Notes under the pieces: model-generated
The model's database searches: none
What the model was told of the DNA's origin: nothing
The model's input: the letters and a program-made list of their open reading frames with translations, nothing else
Shown: piece by piece, positions 1 through 10,276 of the stretch
Position numbering within the stretch: the stretch's first letter is position 1
Layout: every line of letters begins with the position of its first letter
Assembly: GCA_963809545.1 (NCBI GenBank)
Contig: CAWEKD010000004.1
Coordinates: 120,971-184,970, forward strand
Origin: an uncultured Actinomycetota bacterium
Lineage (GTDB): Bacteria; Actinomycetota; Actinomycetes; Mycobacteriales; Micromonosporaceae
DNA: 64,000 bases
Direction: 5' to 3'
Translations under genes and position numbers: made by a program

Positions 1-577
1 GGTAGAAATCGAGCTGCCCCACAAACCCGAATCGGTCTCGCATCGGGCCGGTCAGCAACCCCGCCCGGGTGGTCGCCCCGACCAGGGTGAACGGCTCCAA
101 CTCCAGCGGGACCGCGGTCGCCCCCGGGCCTTTACCCACCACCACATCGACCCGGAAGTCCTCCATGGCGCTGTAGAGCAACTCCTCCGCCGGCCGGGCT
201 ATCCGGTGGATCTCGTCGATGAACAGCACGTCCCCCGCGGAGAGGCTCGTCAACACCGCCGCCAAGTCACCGGAGCGCTCGATCGCCGGCCCACTGGTCA
301 TCCGCAGCCCCCCGCCCAGCTCCGCGGCGATGATCATGGCGAGGGTGGTCTTACCCAGCCCGGGCGGGCCGCACAGCAGGATGTGGTCGGGCGGGGCCCC
401 TCGCCGCAGGGCGGAGGTCAACAGCAGCTGGAGCTGTTCCCGGACCCGGTGCTGAGCGATGAACTCCGCCAGTCGCCGGGGCCGGACACTCGCCTCCGCG
501 TCCTGCTCATCAGCGGCCGCGTGCGGCGAGACCAGCGCCACCGAATCTTCGCCAGGCAGATCGACCGAGTCGGTCAC
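1..577 (-). CDS. ruvB: Holliday junction branch-migration helicase RuvB (3' end runs off the window)
   Basis: Own minus-strand translation from GTG at 577: [12 protein letters not shown]...[14 protein letters not shown] (Walker A)...LFIDEIHR (Walker B). GTGA overlap with the ruvA stop; ruvC-ruvA-ruvB order. Confidence 0.93.
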   Translation of the reverse strand, partial: MTDSVDLPGEDSVALVSPHAAADEQDAEASVRPRRLAEFIAQHRVREQLQLLLTSALRRGAPPDHILLCGPPGLGKTTLAMIIAAELGGGLRMTSGPAIERSGDLAAVLTSLSAGDVLFIDEIHRIARPAEELLYSAMEDFRVDVVVGKGPGATAVPLELEPFTLVGATTRAGLLTGPMRDRFGFVGQLDFY

Positions 578-1176
578 CGGACCTCCCCAAGCAGCCGGAT
601 CGCCTGCCGAAGCAGCTGCGGCACCGGCGGTACCTCACCGTCCAGGCTCTGCGCCACCTCCGTCACCGCCCGGTCGGCCTGCGCCGCGCTCCACCCCAGG
701 CCGATCAGCCCGGTCCGCACCTGCTCCTGCCAACCGTCGTCGCTGCCCGGCCCCGCCGCCGGCGTGGCCGGGCTCACCGGCCCGATCCGGTCCCGTAGTT
801 CCAGTACCAGCCGATCGGCGCTCTTCCGCCCGATTCCGGGCACCTGGGTCAGCACCGCCACGTCTCCGTCCGCGATCGCCTTCCGGACCGTCTGGGGCGA
901 GTGGACCGCCAGCACCGCCTGCGCCAGCCGGGGCCCCACGCCGCTGGCGGTCTGCAGCAGCTCGAACAGCTGCCGGGCGTCATCGTCGGGGAACCCGTAC
1001 AGCGTCAGCGAGTCCTCCCGCACCACCAGGCTGGTCGCCAGCTGCGCTGGTTCGCCTACCCGCAGCCCGGTCAGCGTGGCCGGGGTGCAGTGGACGCGCA
1101 GCCCGACGCCACCCACCTCAATCACCGCCGAATCAGCGGTCACCTGCGCCACCCGTCCCTGGACGCTGGCGATCAT
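574..1176 (-). CDS. ruvA: Holliday junction DNA helicase subunit RuvA
   Basis: ORF 574..1674 trimmed to ATG at 1176 ([12 protein letters not shown]...), 200 aa, with HhH-like [20 protein letters not shown] overlap with ruvC. Confidence 0.93.
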   Translation of the reverse strand: MIASVQGRVAQVTADSAVIEVGGVGLRVHCTPATLTGLRVGEPAQLATSLVVREDSLTLYGFPDDDARQLFELLQTASGVGPRLAQAVLAVHSPQTVRKAIADGDVAVLTQVPGIGRKSADRLVLELRDRIGPVSPATPAAGPGSDDGWQEQVRTGLIGLGWSAAQADRAVTEVAQSLDGEVPPVPQLLRQAIRLLGEVR

Positions 1177-1709
1177 CCATCTCCTCCGTTCCTGGCCCGG
1201 GCGGCTCGCGCGGTGGCCGCCGCCAGCCGCGCCCGGGTGCCGCCCCGCCACACGTGACAGATGGCCAGAGCCAGCGCATCCGCGGCGTCGGCCGGTCGGG
1301 GCCGGGCCGACAGCCGCAGCAGGCGGGCGACCATGTTGCCCACCTGAGCCTTGTCCGCCTGCCCGGAGCCGGTGACCGCGGCCTTGACCTCGCTGGGAGT
1401 GTAGAGCTGCACCGGCAGCCCGGCGCGGGCGGCGACCAGCACCGCCACCGCCCCGGCCTGGGCGGTGCCCATCACGGTACGGACGTTGTGCTGGCTGAAC
1501 ACCCGCTCCACCGCCACACTGTCGGGCTGATAGGTCGCGATCAGCTCGGTGAGTCGCTGCTCCAGCAACAGCAGCCGCTCCGGCAGCTCCTGGTCGGGGT
1601 CGGTGGTCACCGCCTGGTAGGCGACCAGCCGGCACGGCCGGCCGGGCTGCCCCTCCACCACGCCGACCCCGCATCGGGTCAGCCCTGGGTCCACCCCGAG
1701 CACCCGCAC
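1173..1709 (-). CDS. ruvC: Crossover junction endodeoxyribonuclease RuvC
   Basis: 178 aa [21 protein letters not shown]... typical RuvC N-terminus; lies upstream of ruvA/ruvB. Confidence 0.93.
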   Translation of the reverse strand: MRVLGVDPGLTRCGVGVVEGQPGRPCRLVAYQAVTTDPDQELPERLLLLEQRLTELIATYQPDSVAVERVFSQHNVRTVMGTAQAGAVAVLVAARAGLPVQLYTPSEVKAAVTGSGQADKAQVGNMVARLLRLSARPRPADAADALALAICHVWRGGTRARLAAATARAARARNGGDG

Positions 1710-1797
1710 ACCGGACCTCCTCCCCTACGCCGGCTCACGCACGTGTGTACGAGCCTACGTGGTGCCCCCCACCGGGTCACCACGGACACACCTGGGA

Positions 1798-2397
1798 TCA
1801 GCGCGGGGACAACCCAGCGAGGACGGTGTCGACCACCCGTTCCGGCAGCGTGTCCGGTTCGAGCTGGGGGTGCCAGCGCAACATCCGCTGTACCAACACG
1901 GGAGCGGTCAGCACCGCCACCGCCACCTCAATGTCGAGATCGGAGCGTAGCTCGCCGGTACGGATCCCTCGTCGCAGCACCTGGCGCATCAGCTCTCGGC
2001 GCGGCTCCACCAGGCTCTGGTAGAGCCGATACCGCTGCTCGCTGCGGGTCACCTCCGGAACCAGACAGGACAGGATCCGGTCGAACCGCTCGTCCCGGCG
2101 AGGTCGGACCGGCTGCAGCAGCGTGACCAGGTCTTCCCGCACCGACCGGCCGGCCGGCTGCGGTAGTGGGCCCTTGATGCTGCCGATCGCGTCGATGAGC
2201 AGCGCTTCCTTGCCGGACCAGCGACGGTAGATGGTGGCTTTGCCGACCCCCGCGCGGGCGGCCACCGCCTCGATCGACAGTGTCTCCACACTGCCGCCCT
2301 CGGTGAGCAGCTCCAGCACCGCTTGGATGATGGCCTGATCCACCCGGACGCTGCGGGGCCGGCCGGGCGGGCGGGGGCTCGTGGTGGCGGTGGTCAT
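1798..2397 (-). CDS. TetR/AcrR family transcriptional regulator
   Basis: 199 aa; N-terminal HTH LSIEAVAARAGVGKATIYRRWSGKEALL is the TetR signature. Immediately downstream of an MFS gene. Confidence 0.85.
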   Translation of the reverse strand: MTTATTSPRPPGRPRSVRVDQAIIQAVLELLTEGGSVETLSIEAVAARAGVGKATIYRRWSGKEALLIDAIGSIKGPLPQPAGRSVREDLVTLLQPVRPRRDERFDRILSCLVPEVTRSEQRYRLYQSLVEPRRELMRQVLRRGIRTGELRSDLDIEVAVAVLTAPVLVQRMLRWHPQLEPDTLPERVVDTVLAGLSPR

Positions 2398-2421
2398 CGG
2401 TACTGCCTTACGGGGCCCACC

Positions 2422-4026
2422 CTACGGCATCCGGTCCGCCGCTGCCCGCGCCAGCCGGCGCGCCCGGGGACGGCGACCGGCCCGGGGCCGAGGCGCGCCC
2501 GCCGCGGTATCCGGCCGCCCCGGCAGCCACCGGAGCACGACCAGCACCGACACCACCGCCACCACCGTGGAGGCGGCCGCGGCCAGATGCATCGCGGTCA
2601 CGAACGCGTGGTCGGCCAATCCCGGCAAGTCCGGTAACTCGAGCCGGGTCGCCACCGCGTACGCCGCGGCGATGGACTCGGCCGCCTCTGACCGGACCGG
2701 ATCGGGCAAGCCCGACAGGGCCGGGGTGATCTCCGCCCGGTACACCGCCATGATCAATGAGCCGAGCACCGCGATCCCGAGCGCACCGCCGACCTGCCGC
2801 GCGGTGTTGGCTACCGCCGAGCCCACGCCCGCCCGCTCCCGCGGCATGCACGCCAGGATCGCCTCCATCGCCGGGGGCATCACGTGCGCCATCCCCGCCC
2901 CCTGGACGAAGAACGACGCCGCCACCACCCAGATTGGGGTGTGCTCGTCGAACACGGTCCACACCAGGAGGGACACCGTGGTCAGGGACAGCCCGATCGC
3001 ACAGATCCGTTTCGCGCCGTACCGCTGGACCAACAGCACACTCCGCGGGGCGAACACGATCTGCGCCAACGCGAACGGCAACAGCAGCAGGCCGGTGGCC
3101 AGCGGCGAATAGCCGCGTACCAGTTGCAGGTAGAAGGCGACGAAGAAGAACACCCCGAGCGCGGCGAAGAAGATCAGCGCGGTCACTCCGACCGCGGTGG
3201 CGAATCGGGGATCCCGGAACAGCCGGACGTCCAGGGACGGATGCCGGGCTCGCCGCTCCCACCACACGAACACCGCCAGCCCGAGCAGCCCGCCCCCGAC
3301 CCACAGCCACGGCTCCGGTCGGTCGAACCCGTGCTCGCCGCCGTTGACGATCCCGTACACCAGCGCCCCGAGGGCCACCACCGACAACAGGACCCCGGGC
3401 AGGTCCAGGCCGCTGGGGGTGGGGTCTCGGGACTCCGGTACCAGCAGCGCGGTCAACCCCATGGACAGGAGCACGACCGGCACGTTGATCAGGAAGATCG
3501 AACCCCACCAGAAGTACTCCAGCAGGACCCCGCCGGTCACCGGTCCGATCGCGACCGCGATCCCGACCGCGCCGGACCAGATCCCGATCGCCCGTCCCCG
3601 CTCCGCGGGATGGAATACGTGCGAGATGATCGAGAGCGTGGCCGGCATGATGGCGGCCGCGCCCAGCCCTTTAGCGGCGCGGGCCAGGATCAGTTGGAGC
3701 GGATCCTGGGCGTAGGCGGAGGCGACCGACGCCACCAGGAACACCAGCAGTCCGAACTGCAGCATCCGGCGACGACCGAACCGGTCGCCGAGCACCCCAA
3801 ACATGAACAGGAACCCGGCGAACGCCAGGGTGTAGGAGTTGACCGCCCACTCCAGCTCCGCCTGGCTGGCCGCCAACCCCTGCTCCGGGTCGGCGAGCAC
3901 CTTCAGGGCCACGTTGAGGATGGTGTTCTCCAGCACCACTACCAGCAGGCAGAGCACCATCACGCTGAGCACCCACCACCGGCGCGGATGGCCGGTGGGC
4001 GTAGCGATAGCGGTGGCCGAGCTCAC
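2422..4026 (-). CDS. MFS transporter, DHA2 (EmrB/QacA-like, 14-TMS type)
   Basis: 534 aa, many hydrophobic segments, motif GDRFGRRRMLQFGL, GTG start. Confidence 0.85.
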   Translation of the reverse strand: MSSATAIATPTGHPRRWWVLSVMVLCLLVVVLENTILNVALKVLADPEQGLAASQAELEWAVNSYTLAFAGFLFMFGVLGDRFGRRRMLQFGLLVFLVASVASAYAQDPLQLILARAAKGLGAAAIMPATLSIISHVFHPAERGRAIGIWSGAVGIAVAIGPVTGGVLLEYFWWGSIFLINVPVVLLSMGLTALLVPESRDPTPSGLDLPGVLLSVVALGALVYGIVNGGEHGFDRPEPWLWVGGGLLGLAVFVWWERRARHPSLDVRLFRDPRFATAVGVTALIFFAALGVFFFVAFYLQLVRGYSPLATGLLLLPFALAQIVFAPRSVLLVQRYGAKRICAIGLSLTTVSLLVWTVFDEHTPIWVVAASFFVQGAGMAHVMPPAMEAILACMPRERAGVGSAVANTARQVGGALGIAVLGSLIMAVYRAEITPALSGLPDPVRSEAAESIAAAYAVATRLELPDLPGLADHAFVTAMHLAAAASTVVAVVSVLVVLRWLPGRPDTAAGAPRPRAGRRPRARRLARAAADRMP

Positions 4027-4087
4027 CGCGTCAGGCTAGCCCTCCCAGTTCCGAAACGGAACGGTTCCGTTTCACAAGTGGTCCGAC

Positions 4088-4456
4088 TCACCGATCCCCG
4101 CGCTGCCGCCCCAACTTCTCCGCGACCGGTGCGAGGTCGTCGGTGACCAGCAGGTCCGCCCGGACCTGCTGGTCACGGTAACCAGCCCGACACACCATGT
4201 GCGCGGCCACGGGCGCGGTGGCGAGCTGGAATACCGCCACCAGCACCAGGGTGGTGATGTCCACTCCGGTACGCAGCCGCAGCCCGCATCCGGTCAGCGC
4301 CAACAGCAGCCCCAGCGACTGCGGCTTGGTAGCGGCGTGCAGCCGCGACATCAAGTCCGGAAACCGCAGCAACGCGACTCCGGCGGCCAAGCTGAGCAGC
4401 GCCCCGGCGATGAGGCAGACCGCGGAGATCACGTTCAGGATCGCGTCGAGGTTCAT
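4088..4456 (-). CDS. mrpG: Na+/H+ (monovalent cation/H+) antiporter subunit G
   Basis: 122 aa, MNLDAILNVISAVCLIAGALLSLAAGVALLRFPDLMSRLHAATK is the MnhG/MrpG signature. Last gene of a 4-nt-overlapping operon. Confidence 0.85.
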   Translation of the reverse strand: MNLDAILNVISAVCLIAGALLSLAAGVALLRFPDLMSRLHAATKPQSLGLLLALTGCGLRLRTGVDITTLVLVAVFQLATAPVAAHMVCRAGYRDQQVRADLLVTDDLAPVAEKLGRQRGDR

Positions 4457-4713
4457 CGGCGCTCCCGCATCGCGAACCGCCCCACCGCCACCGAGCCGGT
4501 GAAGCCCAGCAACGACAACACCACCAGCACCGGCAGCGCGGTGCCGTCCTGGTAGTAGGCCGCGCCCGCGGCGATCGCGATCACCGTAATGGCCAACAGG
4601 ACGTCGGTGGCGACGATTCTATCCAGAGTAGACGGACCACGGACGATCCGAATCAAGGTCAGCCCGCCCGCCACCGCCAACAGCAGCGCTACCGCACCAA
4701 CGACAACGGTCAT
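4453..4713 (-). CDS. mrpF: Monovalent cation/H+ antiporter subunit F
   Basis: 86 aa, 3 hydrophobic segments, LIRIVRGPSTLDRIVATD motif; position between mrpE and mrpG. Confidence 0.8.
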   Translation of the reverse strand: MTVVVGAVALLLAVAGGLTLIRIVRGPSTLDRIVATDVLLAITVIAIAAGAAYYQDGTALPVLVVLSLLGFTGSVAVGRFAMRERR

Positions 4714-5330
4714 GACAGGGTGCTCTCCTTCTCCGACGAGGGGGATGGAACGGGCGGAGCCGGGGTGGAGGGAGGTGTGGCCGAGGCCGCGGCCAATTGA
4801 CGCAGCTCCGCCGGGGAGCCGATCGCCCGGACGATCCGGGCCTCCACTCCCCAGGTGCTCTCGCGGAACCGCTGCACCTCTTCCTGGTTCTCCACCCCCA
4901 GCACATGGACGTACAGGGTGCCGGTGTTCCGGTCCGCCTCCACGATCAGACTGCCCGGCACCAGGGACACCGCCTCACCGACCAGCGTGAGGTTGAGGTC
5001 CGAATTGACCCGCAACGGCACCGCCACCACCGCGGTCCGTGGCGGTGGCCCCGGCCGCAGCGCCAACCAGGCCACCTGCACACTGGCCACCACCAGGTCG
5101 GCCAGGAACCGCACCACCAGCCAGATGAACCACACTGGCCGCACCCGGCCGGCGAAGGTGACCGGGGGCAGCGGGAAGAACCACAGCACCAGCGCGGCCA
5201 CCACCAGCCCGCCGATCAGGTTGCCCCACGAGAAGGTGCCCCACAGCAGAATCCAGATCAGTACCAGCACCGCCAAAGCGATGAACTGATTGCGCCACCG
5301 CTGGCGCCGGGACAGGGTCTGGTCGGTCAC
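4710..5330 (-). CDS. mrpE: Monovalent cation/H+ antiporter subunit E
   Basis: 206 aa. Operon position, membrane N-terminus, GSLIVEADRNTGTLYVHVL motif typical of MnhE. Confidence 0.72.
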   Translation of the reverse strand: MTDQTLSRRQRWRNQFIALAVLVLIWILLWGTFSWGNLIGGLVVAALVLWFFPLPPVTFAGRVRPVWFIWLVVRFLADLVVASVQVAWLALRPGPPPRTAVVAVPLRVNSDLNLTLVGEAVSLVPGSLIVEADRNTGTLYVHVLGVENQEEVQRFRESTWGVEARIVRAIGSPAELRQLAAASATPPSTPAPPVPSPSSEKESTLS

Positions 5331-6895
5331 GGCGCCTCCCTCGGGAATACCGCCTCCAGATACGGGGTGCGTTGCAGCAGATCCCGGGCGGCCTGGTCAC
5401 TGACGTCAAACAGTGGGCCAGCCACCAGGGTCAGGCCCGCCCCCAGCGCCACCAACACCAAGGTCGGGACGATCATCAACCGGGGCAGCATCGCCCCGGA
5501 CGGGCTCGGGTCGGACAGCCCCAGCAAGCGGGCGCGCTCCGCCGCGGGGGAGACGTCCGGCACCGACGGCATCTCCGGGTGCGGCATCCGCCAGAATGCC
5601 AGGTTCCACACCCGCGCAATGGCGTACAGGGTGAGCAGGCTGGTCACGACCCCACCGGCGACCAGGGTCCAGGCCATCGGGCTACCCACCTCCACCCCGG
5701 CCTGCAACAACCCGAGCTTGCCCAGGAATCCGGAGAACGGCGGGATCCCGGCCAGGTTCAGCGCGGGTACGAAGAACAGCACCGCCAACAACGGCGACAC
5801 CCGAGACAGCCCGCCCAGCCGGTCCAGGGAGGTGGTGCCGCCTCGGCGTTCGATCAACCCCGCCACCAGGAACAGCGTGGTCTGGATGACGATGTGGTGG
5901 ACCACGTAGAAGATCGCGCCGGTCAGCCCCGCGACGCTGGCCAACCCCACCCCGAACAGCATGTACCCGATGTGGCTGATCAAGGTGAAGGAGAGCAGCC
6001 GCTTGATGTCCGACTGGGCGACCGCGCCCAGGATCCCCACCACCATGGTCAGCAGCGCCAGGAACATCAACATGTCCCCGACCGGGCTGTCCGGGAACAG
6101 CAGCGTTTTGGTCCGAATGATGGCGTACACCCCGACCTTGGTCAGCAACCCGGCGAACACCGCGGTGACCGGGGCGGGGGCGGTCGGGTAGCTGTCCGGC
6201 AGCCAGGCCGACAACGGGAACACCGCCGCCTTGATACCGAACGCCAGCAGCAGCATCCCCTCCAGCGCGAGACTGAGCCCCGGCGGCAGGTCCTGGACCC
6301 GCTCGGCCAGGTGCGCCAGGTTCAAGGTCCCGGTGGCGCCGTACACCAACCCGATCGCCGACAGGAAGATCACCGAGGAGAGCAGGCTGACCACCACGTA
6401 CGTGGTGCCGGCGCGCACCCGGGTGCCGGTGCTGCCCAGCGTCAGCAGCACGTAGCTGGCCACCAGCAGAATCTCAAACCCGACATACAGATTGAACAGA
6501 TCGCCGGACAGGAACGCGTTGGTGACCCCCGCGGCCAGCACCAGATAGGTGGGGTGGTAGACGGTCAGCGGGGTCTCCTCGTTGCCGTCGGCCATACCCT
6601 GGCCGATCGAGTAGATCAGCACGCACAGCGTGACCGCGGCGGACACCACGAGCATCAACGCGGCCAGCTTGTCGGCGACCAGCACGATGCCCACCGGCGC
6701 GGTCCAGGCACCCACCTCCATCACTAGCGGTCCATGTTGAACCGTGAGTGCCAGCAGCGCCACCGCCACCGCCAGGGCGGCGGAGAGTACGGTCAGGGTG
6801 ACCGCTCGCTGCGCCCGCGGGCGCCGGGGCATCATCAACGTCAACGCCGCTCCCAACAGCGGCATCACCACCGGCAGCGGTACCAGCCAGGTCAC
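5327..6895 (-). CDS. mrpD: Monovalent cation/H+ antiporter subunit D (NuoN/NuoM-like)
   Basis: 522 aa polytopic protein with NADH-quinone oxidoreductase chain-like repeats; operon position. Confidence 0.88.
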   Translation of the reverse strand: MTWLVPLPVVMPLLGAALTLMMPRRPRAQRAVTLTVLSAALAVAVALLALTVQHGPLVMEVGAWTAPVGIVLVADKLAALMLVVSAAVTLCVLIYSIGQGMADGNEETPLTVYHPTYLVLAAGVTNAFLSGDLFNLYVGFEILLVASYVLLTLGSTGTRVRAGTTYVVVSLLSSVIFLSAIGLVYGATGTLNLAHLAERVQDLPPGLSLALEGMLLLAFGIKAAVFPLSAWLPDSYPTAPAPVTAVFAGLLTKVGVYAIIRTKTLLFPDSPVGDMLMFLALLTMVVGILGAVAQSDIKRLLSFTLISHIGYMLFGVGLASVAGLTGAIFYVVHHIVIQTTLFLVAGLIERRGGTTSLDRLGGLSRVSPLLAVLFFVPALNLAGIPPFSGFLGKLGLLQAGVEVGSPMAWTLVAGGVVTSLLTLYAIARVWNLAFWRMPHPEMPSVPDVSPAAERARLLGLSDPSPSGAMLPRLMIVPTLVLVALGAGLTLVAGPLFDVSDQAARDLLQRTPYLEAVFPREAP

Positions 6896-7359
6896 GAGTG
6901 CTCCCGTGGGTCACGCGGGGTCGGAATCACGGCGGCCGCCCCGGCCGCGGCGACCTCGCTGTCCGGGGTGTCGTCCTCCCCCACCTCAGACCGGTCCCGA
7001 TCTTGCTCCGCCTGGCGCATGATCCGCCGGTCCTCGACGTCGTCCTGCACCTCGTCGTGCCCGGTCAGGTACCAGCTGCGGTACGCCATCGCCAACAGGA
7101 ACGCGGTCATCCCGAACGTGATCACGATGGCGGTGAGGATCATGGCGTGCGGGAGCGGATCGCTCATCTGGTCCTGCGGAGTGGTGCCGACGATCGGCGC
7201 CCCGCCGGCGCGGCCGGTGGTCAGAATCAGCAGGTTGGCGCCGTTGCCCAGCAGGACCACCCCCATCACCACCCGGGTGAGGCTGCGCTCCAGCAGTAAC
7301 GCCACGCCCGCGGCGAACAGCACCCCGATCAGCAGCACGTACCAGAGGTTGGGACTCAC
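6892..7359 (-). CDS. mrpC: Monovalent cation/H+ antiporter subunit C (NuoK-like)
   Basis: 155 aa. N-terminal NuoK-like membrane part (LLERSLTRVVMGVVLLGNGANLLIL) plus an acidic tail. Confidence 0.82.
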   Translation of the reverse strand: MSPNLWYVLLIGVLFAAGVALLLERSLTRVVMGVVLLGNGANLLILTTGRAGGAPIVGTTPQDQMSDPLPHAMILTAIVITFGMTAFLLAMAYRSWYLTGHDEVQDDVEDRRIMRQAEQDRDRSEVGEDDTPDSEVAAAGAAAVIPTPRDPREHS

Positions 7360-10199
7360 ACCGGCTCCTTCACCCGCATCCGAGCCCGGCTCGGCAGCCC
7401 CGCCTCCTGCTGGCGGTCCACCTCCGCGCCGAGACTACGCAGGATGTCCAGGACCAGACCGATCACGATCAGGTACACCCCGATGTCAAAGAACACCGAG
7501 GTGACCAGGTGCACCTCACCGAACGCCGGCAGCTGCAGGTCGAGCAGCGCGCTCTGTAGCACCTGCCCACCCAGCACCATGGCGGCCACCCCGGTGCCGG
7601 CGGCGAACAACAGCCCGGTGCCCAACACCACGCCCGCATCGGCGGGCGCGGCCGCGTTCAGTTCCTGCCGACCACCGGCCAGATAGCGCAGGGTCAGGGC
7701 GAGCCCCGCCACCAGCCCTCCGGTGAAGCCACCGCCGGGTGCGTTGTGGCCGGAGAACAGCAGGTACAGCGAGAACAGCACGATCGGGTGGAACACGAGC
7801 CGGGCCACCACCTGCAGCATGATCGACTGCCGCCGGGCCTCCGGGCTGTCCCCCGCCATCAGCCACGGCCATCCCCGGTCCCGCTGCCCCCGCACCGGTC
7901 GGCTCCCCCGCCGCCGGGTGAACGCCTGGCTACGGCGGAAGATCAGGCTGGCCACCCCGGTCCCCGCCACCACCAGCACGGAGATCTCCCCCAGGGTGTC
8001 CCAGGCCCGCATGTCGACCAGGGTCACGTTCACCACGTTGCGGCCACCGCCGTCGGCGAAGGCCAGCTCCGGAAAGTCCACAGAGATCGGTATCGCCGCC
8101 CGGCCGGCCACCGCCGCGTACGCCAGTCCGGACATCACCAATCCGACCGCGACCCCGACCGCTATCCGCCACCGCCGGGTACGACGGGCGGGGCGCTCGG
8201 AGAACCGCGCCGGCAACCGGCGTAGCACCAACACGAACAGCACGATCGAGACGGTCTCGACCAGGAACTGGGTCAGCGCCAGGTCCGGCGCACCGTGCAG
8301 GATGAACAACGCCGCGATGGCGTAGCCGCAGACCCCGACCAGGATCGCCGCGGTCATCCGCCGCTGGACCCGGGCGGCGAACACCGCCGCCCCGCCCGCG
8401 ACCGCCCCCACGATCAGCTGGGGCACGGTCATCGCCAGCGACTGCGGCCCCGTCGTGGGGAACAGCCGTCCCCACAGCAGCACTCCCCCGCCGAACACCA
8501 CCAGCACCAGCAAGGTCGTGCCGAGGTAGAACGGCAACGATCCCCGCTGGGTCGCCGCGGTCAACACCACCGCCAGCCGGTCCAACCACCGCCGGCACCA
8601 CTGGTAGACGTCCTCACCGGTAACCGGCAGCCCGCCCCGGGTGAGGCTCGGGCGGCGGCTGATGACCCAGGCCAGGCCGAGCCCCGCGACCAGCGCCAGC
8701 CCGGACAGGGCCAGCGCCACTGTGGGCCCGTGCCACAGCGCCAGGTGCTGGTCGGCCCCCGTCTCCGGAAACGCCGACACGTAGCCGGACAGCAGCCGGT
8801 CCACCACCGGCGCGCCCGCGCCGGCGATCAGGCCGACCGCGGCCAGCACCAGCGCCGGGGCCACCAGCAGCGGGCCTGGCCGCTCCCCGGCGGTGGCGGG
8901 GTGGCCGGCCCGGGTGCCGAACGCCCCCCACAGGAAGCGCAGCGTGTAGGCCACGGTCAGCACCGACCCGGTCACCAGACCGGCCAGCACCAACCGGTCG
9001 ACCGTGCCGCCGGCGGCGAAGGCCGCGAACACCCCCTCCTTGGCCACGAACCCGAGCGTGGGGGGCAGGCCCGCCATGGAGGCGGCCGCCAGGACCGCTA
9101 ATCCGCACACCACCGGCATCCGCCGGCCCAGCCCGGACAGCTCCCGCACATCCCGGGTACCGGTGGCCCGGTCGATGATCCCGACCACCAGGAACAGCGC
9201 GGCCTTGAACAACGCGTGGGCCAGCAGCATGGCCGCACCGGCCAGCGCCGCCGCCCGGGTGCCCGCCCCCAGCGCCACCGTCAACAGCCCCAACTGGCTC
9301 ACCGTGCCGTAGGCCAGCAACAGCTTGAGGTCGTGCTGCCGCAACGCCGCTGCCCCACCCAGCAGCATGGTCACCACCCCGGTGGTGAGCACCACCGCGC
9401 GCCAGGGAGAGTCGGCGGCGAAGGCGGGGGACAGCATCGCCATCAGGAACACCCCCGCCTTGACCATGGCGGCGGCGTGCAGGTAGGCGCTGACCGGGGT
9501 GGGGGCGGCCATGGCCGCCGGCAACCAGAAGCTGAACGGGAAAATCGCCGACTTGGACAGCGCCCCGATCAAGACCAGCACCAACGCCACCGTCAGGTAG
9601 GGCGCCGCCGGCGGGGCGGCGGCCAGCACCTCCGACAGCCGGTACGAGCCGGCGTGCTGCCCCAGCATGATCAGCCCCACCAGCATCGCCAACCCGCCCA
9701 GGGTGGTCACCAGCAGGGCTTGTAGCGCCGCCCGGCGGCTGGTCTGCCGGGCAGGATCATGCCCGATCAGCAGGTAGGAGAAGACGGTGGTCAACTCCCA
9801 GAACACGTACAGCAAGAGCAGATCGTCGCTGACCACCAGGCCGAGCATGGCGCCGGCGAAGGCCAGGAAGGTCGCCGCGAACCGGCCCAGCCCCGCCTCC
9901 TCGGCGTGGAAGTACCGAGCACTGTAGATCAGCACCAGGGTCCCGACCCCGCTGACCAACAGCACCATCAACCACGGCAGGGTGGTCAGCCGGAAGCTGA
10001 GTCCTAACCCGAGTTCCGGTACCCAGGGGTGGCTCTCCACCACCGCACCGGTGCGGATCTGGTCGAACTGGGTCAGTGCCCATCCGAGGGTGCCGGCCGG
10101 CACCACCGCCAGTCCGTACAGAGCAGAGCGGCCCCATTGCCGCACCGCCCAAGGTGCGAATAGGGCCGCCAGCGCGTGAGCAGCCAGCAGTACGAGCAC
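7356..10199 (-). CDS. mrpA: Monovalent cation/H+ antiporter subunit A fused to subunit B (group-2 Mrp MrpA/B)
   Basis: 947 aa. NuoL-like N-terminal region plus a C-terminal MnhB-like region (DTLGEISVLVVAGTGV, LFSGHNAPGGGFTGGLV). Confidence 0.9.
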   Translation of the reverse strand: MLVLLAAHALAALFAPWAVRQWGRSALYGLAVVPAGTLGWALTQFDQIRTGAVVESHPWVPELGLGLSFRLTTLPWLMVLLVSGVGTLVLIYSARYFHAEEAGLGRFAATFLAFAGAMLGLVVSDDLLLLYVFWELTTVFSYLLIGHDPARQTSRRAALQALLVTTLGGLAMLVGLIMLGQHAGSYRLSEVLAAAPPAAPYLTVALVLVLIGALSKSAIFPFSFWLPAAMAAPTPVSAYLHAAAMVKAGVFLMAMLSPAFAADSPWRAVVLTTGVVTMLLGGAAALRQHDLKLLLAYGTVSQLGLLTVALGAGTRAAALAGAAMLLAHALFKAALFLVVGIIDRATGTRDVRELSGLGRRMPVVCGLAVLAAASMAGLPPTLGFVAKEGVFAAFAAGGTVDRLVLAGLVTGSVLTVAYTLRFLWGAFGTRAGHPATAGERPGPLLVAPALVLAAVGLIAGAGAPVVDRLLSGYVSAFPETGADQHLALWHGPTVALALSGLALVAGLGLAWVISRRPSLTRGGLPVTGEDVYQWCRRWLDRLAVVLTAATQRGSLPFYLGTTLLVLVVFGGGVLLWGRLFPTTGPQSLAMTVPQLIVGAVAGGAAVFAARVQRRMTAAILVGVCGYAIAALFILHGAPDLALTQFLVETVSIVLFVLVLRRLPARFSERPARRTRRWRIAVGVAVGLVMSGLAYAAVAGRAAIPISVDFPELAFADGGGRNVVNVTLVDMRAWDTLGEISVLVVAGTGVASLIFRRSQAFTRRRGSRPVRGQRDRGWPWLMAGDSPEARRQSIMLQVVARLVFHPIVLFSLYLLFSGHNAPGGGFTGGLVAGLALTLRYLAGGRQELNAAAPADAGVVLGTGLLFAAGTGVAAMVLGGQVLQSALLDLQLPAFGEVHLVTSVFFDIGVYLIVIGLVLDILRSLGAEVDRQQEAGLPSRARMRVKEPV

Positions 10200-10276
10200 G
10201 CGCCTCCTCGCTGATCAAATTATGGACGGGGCTTCCAGGGTAACGGGCCACACATGATCCGCAGCGGACTGTGAGA

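Noticed and set aside
206-2126. Long plus-strand ORFs (206..1375, 459..2126), and similar very long ORFs antisense to real genes elsewhere (12453..13790, 14580..16073, 28024..29982, 47700..49298, 56755..58314, 61806..62834).
   Set aside because: Their translations are Arg/Pro/Gly/Ala-rich low-complexity strings with no family motifs. Each lies opposite a gene with clear conserved motifs. These are typical open-frame artefacts of high-GC DNA.
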